DNA of 64,000 nt, from positions 96,001 through 160,000 of the forward strand of contig CAVPGK010000013.1 of NCBI GenBank assembly GCA_963703955.1, given 5' to 3'. Both the position numbers and the translations under genes were made by a program. This stretch comes from Nitrospirota bacterium (lineage in GTDB: Bacteria; Nitrospirota; Nitrospiria; Nitrospirales; Nitrospiraceae). A model generated the notes under the pieces. That model was not told where the DNA came from and made no database searches. It saw only the letters and a program-made list of their open reading frames with translations. Within the stretch, counting starts at the first letter, position 1. The number at the start of each line of letters is the position of its first letter. Shown here in pieces: positions 38,504 to 49,822 of this stretch.

Positions 38504-38956
38504 CTACCACTTGGGAGTCTCGATGTTGTAATTGAGGTAATCCCGAAGGACGTCACGGCGCGCGATGATCCCGATCAATGCACCCTGCGCATCGACAACC
38601 GGCACGCGGATCAGATTGCTCTTGAGAAAAACATGGATCAACGTCCCAACCGTCATATCGGGCAGGACCGAATAGGGGTTCGGGCTCATCACGTCCTGTG
38701 CGGACCGTTCGCTCCACTTCTCTCCCCTCTCGAGGGAGGCCAGCAGATCATACTCGCTGACGATTCCGACCAGCCGGTGCTTGTCATCGACGATTGGGAT
38801 TGCGCCGAATGATCCTTCCATCATCATGGATGCAAGATCATAGGCACTGGTTCCTTGACGAGCACATTGCACGTCTTTTTCAATGAATCGAGCCAGGGGC
38901 AGCGCGTCAAACCCCGGCTTCCCGTGTCGTGGGAGATCCTTCTTCCCGGTAGTCAT
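38504..38956 (-). CDS. CBS-domain protein
   Basis: GAIPIVD..LVGIVSEYDL; RVPVVD..IGIIARRDV. Confidence 0.92.
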   Translation of the reverse strand: MTTGKKDLPRHGKPGFDALPLARFIEKDVQCARQGTSAYDLASMMMEGSFGAIPIVDDKHRLVGIVSEYDLLASLERGEKWSERSAQDVMSPNPYSVLPDMTVGTLIHVFLKSNLIRVPVVDAQGALIGIIARRDVLRDYLNYNIETPKW

Positions 38957-39158
38957 GGAGGCTCCTTTCAGACCGCATAGGCGGTACCCTGATCCGAGTG
39001 ATTTGTCGGGCTACCCCGGTACACCCAACCCTCTGCAACCGAGCGGCCAGCTACAGGAACTAAATCATTCCAAGTCCAGGTATGCGCGTGAAGCAACTCC
39101 GGATGGTGCCTTCCATACGACCAGTACGGGATATTGAGGAGATATTCCCCTTGAGATC

Positions 39159-40322
39159 CTATTTCCACATAGAACCACTGCGTTCAGAGCCGGGAATCGG
39201 TTTACTCCGCTGCGCCTCGAGTTTGGCAAATTCCTCCAGGAGTTTGCGTTGCTTGGAGGTCAAATCTGTCGGCGTTCGGACCTCCACAATGCCCATCAGG
39301 TCGCCCTTTCCCTTTCCATCAATCCGGGGCATCCCTTTCCCTGGAATGCGAAGCGTCGTCCCCCTTTGCGTACCTGCGGGAACCGTCAGCCGGATGGCCT
39401 CTCCGCCGAGAGCAATCAGCGGTACTTTGATGCCGAGTGCCGCATCGGGAAACGTGATCGGAACCACGGTATAGAGATCATCACCCTGGCGCTGAAAGGA
39501 CGCGTGCGGTCGAATATGGGGCCGGATCATCAGATCGCCCGGCGGGCCGCCGTTGGCGTTTGGCTCACCCTGCCCGGAGAGGCGGACAACCATCCCATCA
39601 TCCACGCCGGGTGGAATCTGCACCTTGAGGGTATACGGCTTGAACTCGTATCCGTTGCCACGGCACGTCTCGCATGGGGACTCGATCCACTGTCCGCGCC
39701 CCTGGCAACGCGCGCATGTCGTCAGCGTCACCATCCGCACGCCCTTGCCCGTCTGCACCTGCTGTTTCTGCCCGGTTCCTCCGCAGTCGAGACAGGTGAT
39801 CGGCTTCGTACCTGGGTTCGCACCGCTGCCCCCACACGTATGGCACTTCTCAGACCGGGTGATCTGAATCTCGCGCTCCCCTCCTCGGGCCGCTTCTTCA
39901 AGCGTGAGATCAAGATCATAACGAAGGTCCACGCCTCTGACCACGCCATGGCTTGGACGAGTGCGTCGGCCAAAGAAGTCGCCGAAGATACCAGACAGGT
40001 CGTCAAATCGCCCTCCAAAGAAATCGCCGAATTGGAAATCCCTCATGAGATCTTCGGTGTTCCAGCGCCCGCTCACCCCGGCATGGCCAGTCGCGTCATA
40101 CTCGCGGCGCTTGGCGTCATCGGACAGCACCGCGTAGGCTTCGGCAATCTCCCTAAATTTCGCCGTGGCGTCAGAAGCCCTGTTCCGGTCGGGATGGTAC
40201 TTGAGCGCGAGTTGGCGGTAGGCTTGTTTGATCTGATCACGTGTGGCGGACCGGTCCACCCCCAACACTTCGTAATAGTCGCGTTTTTCTGCGGTGGTGA
40301 CCACTTGCCGTCCTTTCAGCAC
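39159..40322 (-). CDS. dnaJ: DnaJ-type (class A) molecular chaperone
   Basis: [16 protein letters not shown]-domain, four CxxCxGxG repeats, C-terminal domain; no dnaK nearby. Confidence 0.9.
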   Translation of the reverse strand: MLKGRQVVTTAEKRDYYEVLGVDRSATRDQIKQAYRQLALKYHPDRNRASDATAKFREIAEAYAVLSDDAKRREYDATGHAGVSGRWNTEDLMRDFQFGDFFGGRFDDLSGIFGDFFGRRTRPSHGVVRGVDLRYDLDLTLEEAARGGEREIQITRSEKCHTCGGSGANPGTKPITCLDCGGTGQKQQVQTGKGVRMVTLTTCARCQGRGQWIESPCETCRGNGYEFKPYTLKVQIPPGVDDGMVVRLSGQGEPNANGGPPGDLMIRPHIRPHASFQRQGDDLYTVVPITFPDAALGIKVPLIALGGEAIRLTVPAGTQRGTTLRIPGKGMPRIDGKGKGDLMGIVEVRTPTDLTSKQRKLLEEFAKLEAQRSKPIPGSERSGSMWK

Positions 40323-41712
40323 ACGGGATACGTTTTCTTGACAAGCAAAGCCGCGGCCACCCTTGCGACATCAGGCTGAACCGTCGATAATTGAATATTA
40401 TTGTCCTGAAAAGTATCAAGATGTAAGGTCTAGGACTCATTCTTGAGCAATGCCAGTCTCAACGAAGGCCATTATTAAGCACACCTGAAAATAGATGTTC
40501 TTCTGGGGAGCTTGAGGAAGAGGAATTCTGCTACAGAAGGCATTCTCCTCGCGGGGCAGAAGGCTACATCGCAAACGCCCCAACCAGACGTGAGCACGGA
40601 ATCAACACGGAATCAAATGGAGGACGTTCTTCACGCCAGCAGTCGGCCGCGCTGGCATTTCTTTTGTTCGTGGCTAGTGTGGCCGGCACTCAACTGTGCG
40701 ATGATGTGACGGGGAGGACGGTGGCATTTCTGCTTGGGGGCCATCCTGCTGCGAGCCGCGATCTTTTTTATATTATTCTTGTTCAACAGAGCATCACTGG
40801 AGGATGCCATGCGACTGTTACTGGCGGCGCGCTTGGCCATTTCTTCGCAATCGAATCGGCTGCCGATTAACACGCTCCAACAGTTTGCGTCACCCCGCGA
40901 ACCGTTCCGGCTTTTTCCAGTCTGCATCGCGCAGGATGCCGAGGACAAAGCCGGGGAGCCATCATAAATGCCTGACAGTCCTTTGTCCGGGGAGAAAGTC
41001 TGGTCTCATTGCCAGCTCAGGACCAAATCTCAGCAGGACCCAGACGGTCCGCACGACGATTGACAACGAGCGGTCTCGTCAAGTCGCGATCAAGAACAGT
41101 CTACGAGCGACTCTCCTCGGCGGCCGTCAGCACGCTCCGCGTCATGATTTCTGAGACGGTTTCCTCACATCCCACCTGATCAATGTCTGCTGGGTCGAGC
41201 GGCACATGAGATTTCTGATAGACGGGTAACCTGAGGTTGGAAGGGTGTGACGCCAACTCCTCCATCGGGCAAGAGGCTCACAATTCCAGGAGTAAAGGCG
41301 ATCACAGGCTGGCGTGTAATCTGCTCATGCTCCATGTCATGATTCGACGTGTACGGTTGCGCAAGATCCCGGTAATGGAGAGGCGCCTCATCCTGATCGC
41401 TATTGAATCATTCAGGCTCTTGATGGATCGAAATATTTGGACAGTCGATTCGGGTATCGAGACTCGATGTTGCATGACAAGTCGCCCTAAAAAAATAGCG
41501 TGAGGCACACAATGGACAACTCGCCGCACCCTACAATCACGGACCATCTCTCTCGGTTAGTTCTTTTGCTGCCCTTCGTCTTATCAGCGCTTCAGCTCCA
41601 TGGCTTCCACTTCTCATTGGCATGCGGGATGCTCCACTCAACTAGTCGGAGACAGGGACGCTCCGAGAGCGAGTCAGTGGATATTTGACCCTAGCGACTC
41701 AATATTCACCTG

Positions 41713-42168
41713 ATGAAAATCATGATCACCATAGAGATTGCTCTCATCGCGGTTCTGATGGCCTCCTCCTCGCTCTCCTGGGCCTTGGACGGGTCGGAAG
41801 ATTCTTCCAATCTTCACCATGAGTCAACAGCCTTGGAGGATGCCGAACGGGGCCGCAGCATCTACCACAAAATCGGTGGTTGCCATTTCTGTCACGGATA
41901 TGATGGCCACCTGGACAAGCGTCCTCGCTTATCCCCCAAGCTAGCTCATGAGATTGCCCGGTTAGCCCCGCCGCCGGCCAACCTCCGAGATCCGGAAAGT
42001 CTCAAATCACAAGATGATGACCAGCGTTTTCTTTCCATCAAATTTGGACATCCGAGCACCGCGATGTTTCCCAAGAGATTTTTGAGGGACGAAGAAATTA
42101 TGGACTTGATCGCGTATCTGGCGGTACTCCGTAGTCAGGCGGCTGGGCCAAGCCGCAATCGACCTTAA
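41713..42168 (+). CDS. Monoheme cytochrome c
   Basis: Signal peptide, CHFCHG, GHPSTAMFP; near-consensus sigma54 motif at 41618-41632. Confidence 0.85.
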   Translation: MKIMITIEIALIAVLMASSSLSWALDGSEDSSNLHHESTALEDAERGRSIYHKIGGCHFCHGYDGHLDKRPRLSPKLAHEIARLAPPPANLRDPESLKSQDDDQRFLSIKFGHPSTAMFPKRFLRDEEIMDLIAYLAVLRSQAAGPSRNRP

Positions 42169-43111
42169 GAATGGACCTAGAGGTGTCCACTATCGCGCGA
42201 CCAATGCGCCAATCATTGTGGCTCTACAGCCATTCCTTGAGCGTGCCGTGTTGACTCTTTTGAGAACAGAACCCATAAAGGAAAACATGGCGGGATTCAT
42301 CCATTGCTTTTGGCCTTGCTGTTTTTTCGGCTCCGCAAAGCGGTTCTCTTGACTTCCTCAGGATTCCGCTTGGTCTTTTGCGGACAGGGCACGATGGCCT
42401 CTTCGAGCAGTTGCTTCAATGACCAGGACATGACAGGGACTCGGGATCGTCATAAGCCTCTCCCACAAGATCATGCGATCGCTCGATGCCCGCAAAAGGC
42501 CCCGATCGTCTTCATCACCTCCTCATAAGGGAAGCTCTGAACCCCTGGTCTCCATTGCGCGCAGCACGATATCGCTAATAGAGACAAAAAGACGGCGTGA
42601 TCCGCCTACTTCGATCACAACGCACTCAAGGATGGGCCATACCGCACTCACTCTGTCGTGCCGTCCGATTGGATCGGCCGGAAGGCGCTGTGCTTCGCCG
42701 CCTCGGCGATAGGCTCAGCTCCCGAGACTTTATGTCTCCAAGATCACGACGGTCTCACCATTAACCCTGAAATATCAACGCGTTCTGTTCAGAAGATCCG
42801 TTGTCGTCATTCTGATTCAGGATGGCGTGCTCAGCAGCACGTCCCTGGGGACCGAATGTATGTACTTGAGGACGATGCGGTTTCCAGGGAAGTCACGTCA
42901 ACATATTCAACTGCTTCACAAGAGGATATGTTGCGGATTTTTGAAGCGGATTCGGTCATTGCCTTGTGACCATTCCGGATACTGTTACGTCGGGCATTTT
43001 CAGGTTTGGAGTAGGAAGAGAGAAAAGAATATTTTTTTAGCGGCAAGAGTTACCAAGGAGTTGCCGTGGCGTTACCATTGAAGGGGATATGATCTACAAG
43101 TTATTGAAAGA

Positions 43112-43158
43112 TGGTGGGCCGTGCACGGATCGAACCTGCGGCCCGCTGATTAAGAGTC
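43112..43158 (-). other. 3' half of tRNA-Lys(CTT), probable att-site remnant
   Basis: Minus strand GACTCTTAATCAGCGGGCCGCAGGTTCGATCCGTGCACGGCCCACCA; no 5' half; IHF-like TTTCAATAACTTG adjacent. Confidence 0.75.
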
Positions 43159-43550
43159 CCACCGTAGACGTACCTCACACTCAGCATGACGAATCGTCAG
43201 CAAAAGGGGAAGATTCGTGATGGCACACGTCATCCAGGTTGGCACCAAGCAACAGTGACTATACCTTGAGGCGAACTTTCACGTTTCTTTTTCCCGCCGT
43301 GCGCAGGCACAGTGACGCCCGTAGGAAATGGGGTGAGACTGAGGGTCCAACCCTTCGGAGCATAACGGAACTATGCCGGTCTGTATCGCATGCCGACGCG
43401 GCACCGTGGAGAGGGTTGACAACCGATTGAACACGCGCAAGAATCACGCGCCAGTTTTTGGGCCGTCTGCCCGCAATCGCCCTGGAGCCTGAGTTCCCCT
43501 TGACCGCGATCTCGCAGCCAGCGAAGTGAGCCGGTAGCCAAGAAGCGAGC

Positions 43551-45080
43551 ATGCTCATGGGCGATACAGTACAGAGTGATCGCGACCGGTCGTTCTCTTA
43601 CTTCACGATCGACCGGGCTTCGGACGCGATCTTCTGGATCGACTCGCACGCTCGCTGCCACCGCGTCAACGAAGCGGCCTGCCGCATGCTGGGGTATGCG
43701 TCCGAGGAGCTTCAATCCATGACGATCCACGACTTCTGTCCCGAGCACCCGATCGAAGGATGGCGGGAACATTGGGGGCTGCTGAAGGCCAGCAAGGCTA
43801 GGATGTTTGAGACCCGTCTGCGCGCCAAAGACGGTCGCCTCATCCCCGTCGAGATATCCAGCAACTACCTCGAATTTGAAGGAAAGGAATATACATGCGC
43901 CTTCGCCCGGGATTTGACGAGACGGAAGCAGGCAGAGGCGGTGGTCGCGCAACTCCAACGTCAGAACGAACTGATCTTGAATGCCGCCGGCGAGGGCATC
44001 TTTGGCCTGGACTTGAACGGGAATCACACCTTCGTGAACCCCGCAGCGGCGGGCATGTTGGGATTCGCTCCGAACGAACTGCTTGGCCGGCACAGCCATA
44101 GCACTTGGCATCATACGAAGCCAGACGGCAGTCCGTATCCGGCCGAGGAGTGTCCGATTTACCGAGCGTATAAAGACGGCCAGTCTCACTGGGGAGACGA
44201 CGAAACGTTTTGGCGGAAGGATGGCACGAGTTTTCCGGCTCAGTATACGAGCACACCCATTCGCGACGAAGCGGGCGTTCTCCTGGGAGCGGTGGTCACC
44301 TTTCTCGACATCACGGAGCGCAAGCGGATGGCCGCGCAGCTTCTGCAGGAAGCCAAGCTAGCGGAAGTAGCGCGCATGTTGGGCGATATCGGCCATGACA
44401 TCAAGAATATGCTGATGCCCGTCCTGACCGGCGCCCAGCTCTTGCAAGACGAAGTCGCCGAGCTGTTCGATCGGGTGCGTGCGCTCGGGGAGACCCAGAT
44501 CGAGGACAGACGAACCATGGCCACCGAACTCTTGAACATGATCACCGGCAACGCACAGCGGATTCATGACCGCGTTCGGGAAATCGCCGATGCGGTGAAG
44601 GGAGCGACCAGCCCGCCGCAGTTCGCCCCCTGTCAGGTGGCGAAGGTAGTGTCCGATGTCATGGATACCCTCCGCCAGTACGCGGGTCAGAAAGGGGTGA
44701 CGCTAGAAACTGAGGGGCTGGAGGTGTTGCCAGCGATTCAGGCGGACGAGCGCCGTCTGTTCAACGCCTTCTACAATCTCATCAATAACGCCATCCCGGA
44801 AGTGCCGGCGGGAGGGTCTGTCACCGTTCGAGGGCAACGCGACACGCAAGGAAAGACTCTCCACCTGTTGGTCGCGGACACAGGTCGAGGCATGCCGCCG
44901 GAGATCCGCGACAGCTTGTTTACCCCCAATGTCGTGAGTCGGAAACCCGGAGGGACGGGACTGGGAACCAAGATCGTGAAGGACGTCATCGATGCGCATG
45001 GAGGTACGATCAGGGTGGAGAGTGAGCAAGGGAGGGGCACGACGTTCCATATCGGGTTGCCCATCGCCAGACCGCAGTGA
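43551..45080 (+). CDS. Cytoplasmic PAS-PAS histidine kinase
   Basis: Two PAS/PAC domains, GHDIKN H-box, NLINNAI, DTGRGM and GTGLGT. Confidence 0.9.
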   Translation: MLMGDTVQSDRDRSFSYFTIDRASDAIFWIDSHARCHRVNEAACRMLGYASEELQSMTIHDFCPEHPIEGWREHWGLLKASKARMFETRLRAKDGRLIPVEISSNYLEFEGKEYTCAFARDLTRRKQAEAVVAQLQRQNELILNAAGEGIFGLDLNGNHTFVNPAAAGMLGFAPNELLGRHSHSTWHHTKPDGSPYPAEECPIYRAYKDGQSHWGDDETFWRKDGTSFPAQYTSTPIRDEAGVLLGAVVTFLDITERKRMAAQLLQEAKLAEVARMLGDIGHDIKNMLMPVLTGAQLLQDEVAELFDRVRALGETQIEDRRTMATELLNMITGNAQRIHDRVREIADAVKGATSPPQFAPCQVAKVVSDVMDTLRQYAGQKGVTLETEGLEVLPAIQADERRLFNAFYNLINNAIPEVPAGGSVTVRGQRDTQGKTLHLLVADTGRGMPPEIRDSLFTPNVVSRKPGGTGLGTKIVKDVIDAHGGTIRVESEQGRGTTFHIGLPIARPQ

Positions 45081-45418
45081 CGGCCTCTGTTCGATCTGAT
45101 TCCCCTCGTCGTCAGGACGAATCGACGCCACCTCGCGCTCTGATTACTATGCCTCCTGGTTCGCACTTGCTGGCCGCACCCCGCTAAATTGCTTACGCTC
45201 ACGATTACCCGATGAGGATGATCACATGATTCAGGGGTAGTCCAGATCAAGGAAAGTGTAACGGAAGGTCTTGGTTCGCCAAGAAATCGGCAATTGAAAG
45301 CCCCAACCCAGACGCAACCAATCTTTTGCTTCCTCTGACACTTGTTCCCTGCAAGGGGATCACTAATTGAATACGATACTTCAATAAGAGATCGGATGTC
45401 ATAAATCATCTCTGAGCC

Positions 45419-48160
45419 ATGACTCACGTCAGGCCGTTGTATATCGCACCGCTTTCTCAGGACGCCGTCGAAGCCGGATATCTGATCCTTCGTGATGGTT
45501 CTACCGCTACAATCCGCGTCGCTCAGCCGAGGGATGCGGCCGCGCTTCAAGCCTTCGTTGATCGACTCTCGCCGCAATCGAAGCGACACCGGTTTTTCTC
45601 AGAGGGCAGTCCTCCTGCGGAATTGATCGCGTCCTTCTGCGACAGTTCCGATGCCCGTTCACTGCTCACATTGCTCGTCATCAGGACATGGAAGGGCGCG
45701 GAGCGTATCATTGCCGCAGGGTCATACCTGGCGAAAAACGAGGACACGGCCGAAGTCGCGCTGGCAGTGGATGACGATTTTCATGGAAAGGGGTTAGGGA
45801 CGCTGCTCTTGGAACGACTCGCCCAGCTGGCCATACGACAGGGGTATATTCGGCTCTGGGCCATCACCCACACCGACAATTCGGCCATGCGCGAGGTGTT
45901 TAAGGAGTCCGGTTTTGACGCTCGTGAAACATTCGACAACGGGGACATGGAGGTCGCGCTGTCGCTCGTTCCGACGGCCGCCACGGTGGTCCGTTCCGAA
46001 GCTCGGGAACGCATCGCCGCAACCGCGTCACTCCTGCCGTTCTTCAAGCCTCGGTCGGTGGCGGTAATCGGCGCCTCGCGTGATTTTTCAAGTATTGGGT
46101 ACAAGCTGCTGGACTCATTGATTACGGCCGGATTCAAAGGGCCGGTCTATCCGGTCAATCCACACGCGGCTGAACTTCGCGGCCTACGAGCATACCAATC
46201 GATGCTCGATGTGCCGAAGCCGGTGGATCTGGCGCTGATCGCCGTCCCCCGCGACGCCGTCCTCAACGTGATTGATGATTGTGCGAGCCAAGGTGTCAGG
46301 GCCCTGGTTGTCATCAGTGCAGGCTTCGCCGAAGTCGGTGCCGAGGGCCGCGATCTTCAAAATCGGCTCGTCCAGCGAGTACGACAGCACGGCATGCGCA
46401 TGGTCGGTCCGAATTGTTTTGGATTGGTGAATACGGATCCTGAGGTAAGACTTAACGGGACCTTTTCATCTGCTTTTCCACCGTCCGGGCGTGTCGCGAT
46501 GTCGTCCCAAAGCGGAGCGCTGGGCCTTGCGATTTTGGCGGCAGCTCGACGCCTCCATCTCGGGATCTCCACCTTCGTGAGTGTCGGGAATAAAGCGGAC
46601 GTATCCGGGAACGATCTCCTTCAATATTGGGAAGAGGACCCGACCACTGATGTCATCCTGCTCTACATGGAATCCTTCGGTAACCCGCGTCGCTTTGCAC
46701 ACATTGCCCGCCGCGTCAGCCGCCGTAAGCCCATCGTGGCGATCAAGGCCGGACGAACTCAGTCAGGACGACGCGCAGCGGGGTCTCATACTGCGGCATT
46801 GGCCGCGAGCGACGTGGCCGTCGAGGCACTGTTTCTCCAGACCGGCATCATCCGCGCGGAGACATTGGAAGACATGTTTGCGCTTGCTACTGGTTTATCG
46901 AGCCAACCCTTGCCGGCAGGACGTCACGTGGCGATCGTCACAAACGCAGGCGGTCCGGCGATTCTGTGCACCGATGCGTGTGAAGCCGGTGGGTTGATCA
47001 TCCCGGAACTCTCCGACCGGATCAAGGACAGCCTGGCAACTTTGTTGCACCCGGCCGCAGTGTTAAGGAATCCGGTCGACCTCATTGCTTCGGCCACGCC
47101 CGAGCACTACCGCAAGACCATCGGGATTCTCATGGAAGCAGATGAGATTGATGCGTTGATCGTGCTTTACACGTCCGTGACCGCGGGTGACAACACCGCG
47201 ATGGCTGACGGCATTCTCGCCGGTATCACGGCGGGACGTGCTGCCGGAGCGAAGGATAAACCAGTGGTGGTCTGTTGGATCGCAGAAGGAGATCATGATC
47301 GGACTCTCACGAACGAGCGCGAGACGATTCCTATCTATCTCCTACCCGAAATACCGGCGAGGGTGCTGAGCAAAGCCGCTACCTACGGGGAGTGGCGCAG
47401 GCAACCCGTCGGTATGATACCGGACTTTGACGATCTCGATCTGCCGCTGGCGCGAGCGATCTGTGAGAAAGCAGCTACCGAGCGAGGCGGAGGATGGCTG
47501 ACCACCGAGGAAACGCGAGCGGTGCTTACGGCCATGCGCCTACCCGTTCTTCCGGGAGGCGTGGCCCAGACGGCCGAGGAGGCAGCGGATCTCGCGACCC
47601 ATGTCGGATTTCCGGTCGCGGTGAAGTTGGCCTCACACCGATTGGTCCACAAAACGGAAGTCGGTGGCGTGTGCTTGAATCTCACGAGTGAGACGGCCGT
47701 TCGAGAGGCCTTTACCGCGATCCGAGAACGCTTGGCGCGCGACGGCAAGGTCGACGCCATGGAAGGTGCGCTGGTGCAACCGATGTTGTCCGGTGGGGTC
47801 GAAGTCATGATCGGGATGACGCAGGACCCGTCGTTCGGTCCTCTGATCGCCTTCGGACTGGGCGGCATTCATGTCGAAATTCTCGGCGATGTCCGATTTC
47901 GCATTACACCGCTCACGGATCGCGATGCCGCTGATATGGTGCGAGCGATCCGGGGCTACCGCCTCCTGGAAGGCTACCGTGGCTATCCTCCGGCCGACGT
48001 GAAGGCGATCGAAAATGTCCTCTTACGGGTCTCGCGATTGGTGGAAGCGATTCATGAGATCACCGAACTGGATCTGAACCCGATCTTCGCCCTCCCTCCC
48101 AACGAAGGCTGCCGCATTGTTGACGCGAGGATTCGCCTCGGATTGCCTGAGCTCCCGTGA
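45419..48160 (+). CDS. N-terminal GNAT plus CoA-binding/ATP-grasp protein (Pat-type acetyltransferase / acetate-CoA ligase family)
   Basis: HGKGLGTLLL GNAT motif; PRSVAVIGAS, MVGPNCFG, SQSGA, GSHT, HKTEVGGV, ELDLNP. Confidence 0.9.
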   Translation: MTHVRPLYIAPLSQDAVEAGYLILRDGSTATIRVAQPRDAAALQAFVDRLSPQSKRHRFFSEGSPPAELIASFCDSSDARSLLTLLVIRTWKGAERIIAAGSYLAKNEDTAEVALAVDDDFHGKGLGTLLLERLAQLAIRQGYIRLWAITHTDNSAMREVFKESGFDARETFDNGDMEVALSLVPTAATVVRSEARERIAATASLLPFFKPRSVAVIGASRDFSSIGYKLLDSLITAGFKGPVYPVNPHAAELRGLRAYQSMLDVPKPVDLALIAVPRDAVLNVIDDCASQGVRALVVISAGFAEVGAEGRDLQNRLVQRVRQHGMRMVGPNCFGLVNTDPEVRLNGTFSSAFPPSGRVAMSSQSGALGLAILAAARRLHLGISTFVSVGNKADVSGNDLLQYWEEDPTTDVILLYMESFGNPRRFAHIARRVSRRKPIVAIKAGRTQSGRRAAGSHTAALAASDVAVEALFLQTGIIRAETLEDMFALATGLSSQPLPAGRHVAIVTNAGGPAILCTDACEAGGLIIPELSDRIKDSLATLLHPAAVLRNPVDLIASATPEHYRKTIGILMEADEIDALIVLYTSVTAGDNTAMADGILAGITAGRAAGAKDKPVVVCWIAEGDHDRTLTNERETIPIYLLPEIPARVLSKAATYGEWRRQPVGMIPDFDDLDLPLARAICEKAATERGGGWLTTEETRAVLTAMRLPVLPGGVAQTAEEAADLATHVGFPVAVKLASHRLVHKTEVGGVCLNLTSETAVREAFTAIRERLARDGKVDAMEGALVQPMLSGGVEVMIGMTQDPSFGPLIAFGLGGIHVEILGDVRFRITPLTDRDAADMVRAIRGYRLLEGYRGYPPADVKAIENVLLRVSRLVEAIHEITELDLNPIFALPPNEGCRIVDARIRLGLPELP

Positions 48161-48280
48161 GACTCGTCACACGACTGAGGATAATTTGACCGGAATTGAC
48201 GATCAGGCCATGAAATCAGGCGGTACTCGTTTGACGAGGGCTTATCGGTCAAATCGGCACCTTTGATCGTCCGGAACGAG

Positions 48281-48643
48281 TCAGAGGGCCGGGTAGAACG
48301 GCGCGAGCGTCCGAATGTAGCCGACCACCTCCAACATCTCATCATCGGTGATTCGGCCCTGCCATCCGTGCATGGGGCTGAAGGCGATCCCATACGCAAT
48401 GGTCGTCAATAATTCGAAATCGGTTTTGGAGCGGGACCGCGCCGTGTGGAAATTCGCGGGCGGTACGATCAAGGTGATGGCATCAGGGCCGTCTCCCTTG
48501 CCCGTCACGCCATGGCAGCGCGCGCAGTGTTCCTCGTAGATGGCTTGCCCGGTCCGTATCCGTCCTCCCTCTCCGTGCGCGGTGACCCACGCACTGCAGA
48601 GCATGATACCCAAAACACCGGCGACAACCGCAGTCTTTTTCAT
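48281..48643 (-). CDS. Monoheme cytochrome c
   Basis: Signal peptide; CARCHG..GDGP; SPMHGW. Confidence 0.88.
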   Translation of the reverse strand: MKKTAVVAGVLGIMLCSAWVTAHGEGGRIRTGQAIYEEHCARCHGVTGKGDGPDAITLIVPPANFHTARSRSKTDFELLTTIAYGIAFSPMHGWQGRITDDEMLEVVGYIRTLAPFYPAL

Positions 48644-48713
48644 TACCCGGTCTCCTTTCCGTGACGCCAGCCTATCGAATCGGGGAGTGACAGTATTGCA
48701 GAATCTTCCACGG

Positions 48714-49571
48714 TTAGCGCACCACCAACACCGAGCCGCGCGCGCGATGGGCGGCGGAATGCGAAACGCTTCCCAGCAAGAACCGACTGAATCCTGAGCG
48801 ACCATGGGACCCCAGGACGAGAAGATCGTGAGTGTCGGACTCCCGGACGATCACGTCGAGCGGATCTCCGCTGAACGCCTGGCCCTTCGCGGTATAGTGT
48901 GTCCCGGTCAGCTCTCCCGCGATCCTGTCGACGAGCTCTTGGCTTGTCTGCAACGCGACTTCGCCCCAGGGCTCAAAAGCCGGGATGGCGACAGGGGTCA
49001 TGCCATGGGGTGTCGGCACGACGCTGATTACCGTGAGCTGAACCGGCTTCTGAAAGGGATGGTGGTGAAGCCATCTTTGGAGACGCGCGGCATCCTCAGG
49101 GCCCTCGATCGCGAGTAAGACCCGCTGTAGCTCATGGATCGGCTGTTTCACGATGAGCGTTGGGCGAGTCGCGTGGGTGAGGACTCGGTGTGACACGCTG
49201 TCGAGGAACCACTCGTGGAGGCGCCCCAAACCGCGCGCCCCTACGACGACCAGATCGGCGCCTGTCGTCTCGGCGGCATCGAGAAGCACTGCGGCCGGTG
49301 TTCCGATCTCACAGACGCGCCTCACCGAGACTCCATCAATCGGAACAAGAGCCGCGGTCTTGTCGAGGACCTCTTTCCCTGCGTCCAACATCGCGCGACG
49401 AAACTCTTCAAATGCCTGTTTCGAGACGGCGGGCACCAAGAGCGGATTCTCGAAGGGTCGGAGATCCGTCGCGTGGACCAGCACGACCTCTTGTGGTGTA
49501 TAGAGCTGAAAGGCGGTCTCAACGGCGGTGAACGCTTGTTCAGCCCAATCGACGCCGATGACGATTCGCAT
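48714..49571 (-). CDS. Tandem universal stress protein
   Basis: DLVVVGARGLG..SVSHRV; DLLVLGSHGRSG..LGSVSH. Confidence 0.92.
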   Translation of the reverse strand: MRIVIGVDWAEQAFTAVETAFQLYTPQEVVLVHATDLRPFENPLLVPAVSKQAFEEFRRAMLDAGKEVLDKTAALVPIDGVSVRRVCEIGTPAAVLLDAAETTGADLVVVGARGLGRLHEWFLDSVSHRVLTHATRPTLIVKQPIHELQRVLLAIEGPEDAARLQRWLHHHPFQKPVQLTVISVVPTPHGMTPVAIPAFEPWGEVALQTSQELVDRIAGELTGTHYTAKGQAFSGDPLDVIVRESDTHDLLVLGSHGRSGFSRFLLGSVSHSAAHRARGSVLVVR

Positions 49572-49822
49572 GGTACCACTCCTTCGGTGGCGATCATGAA
49601 AGGGTTGCGGGCTCGGCTCCTATCAAAGGTCAGCACGAGATCGTTTCAAGTGGCGTCCCGTGACCAGAAAGAGCGCCTGGCCGGACCCGCGGCATTTCTC
49701 GAGCGCGCACTCCAACTCGTAAGGGACCGTACCATCCACGCCAAATGTCCCGTCACAATCAAACGCCGTCATGCGGCGGTACATAGTGCCTCCCCGTTCT
49801 CGGGATCTGCGGGAGAGCCCAC

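Noticed and set aside
40439..40456. Sigma54 promoter upstream of dnaJ
   Set aside because: The TGGCAT -24 element is present but the -12 position reads AAGA
40500..43080. Short ORFs around the cytochrome c gene
   Set aside because: No motifs or consistent starts; likely degraded sequence
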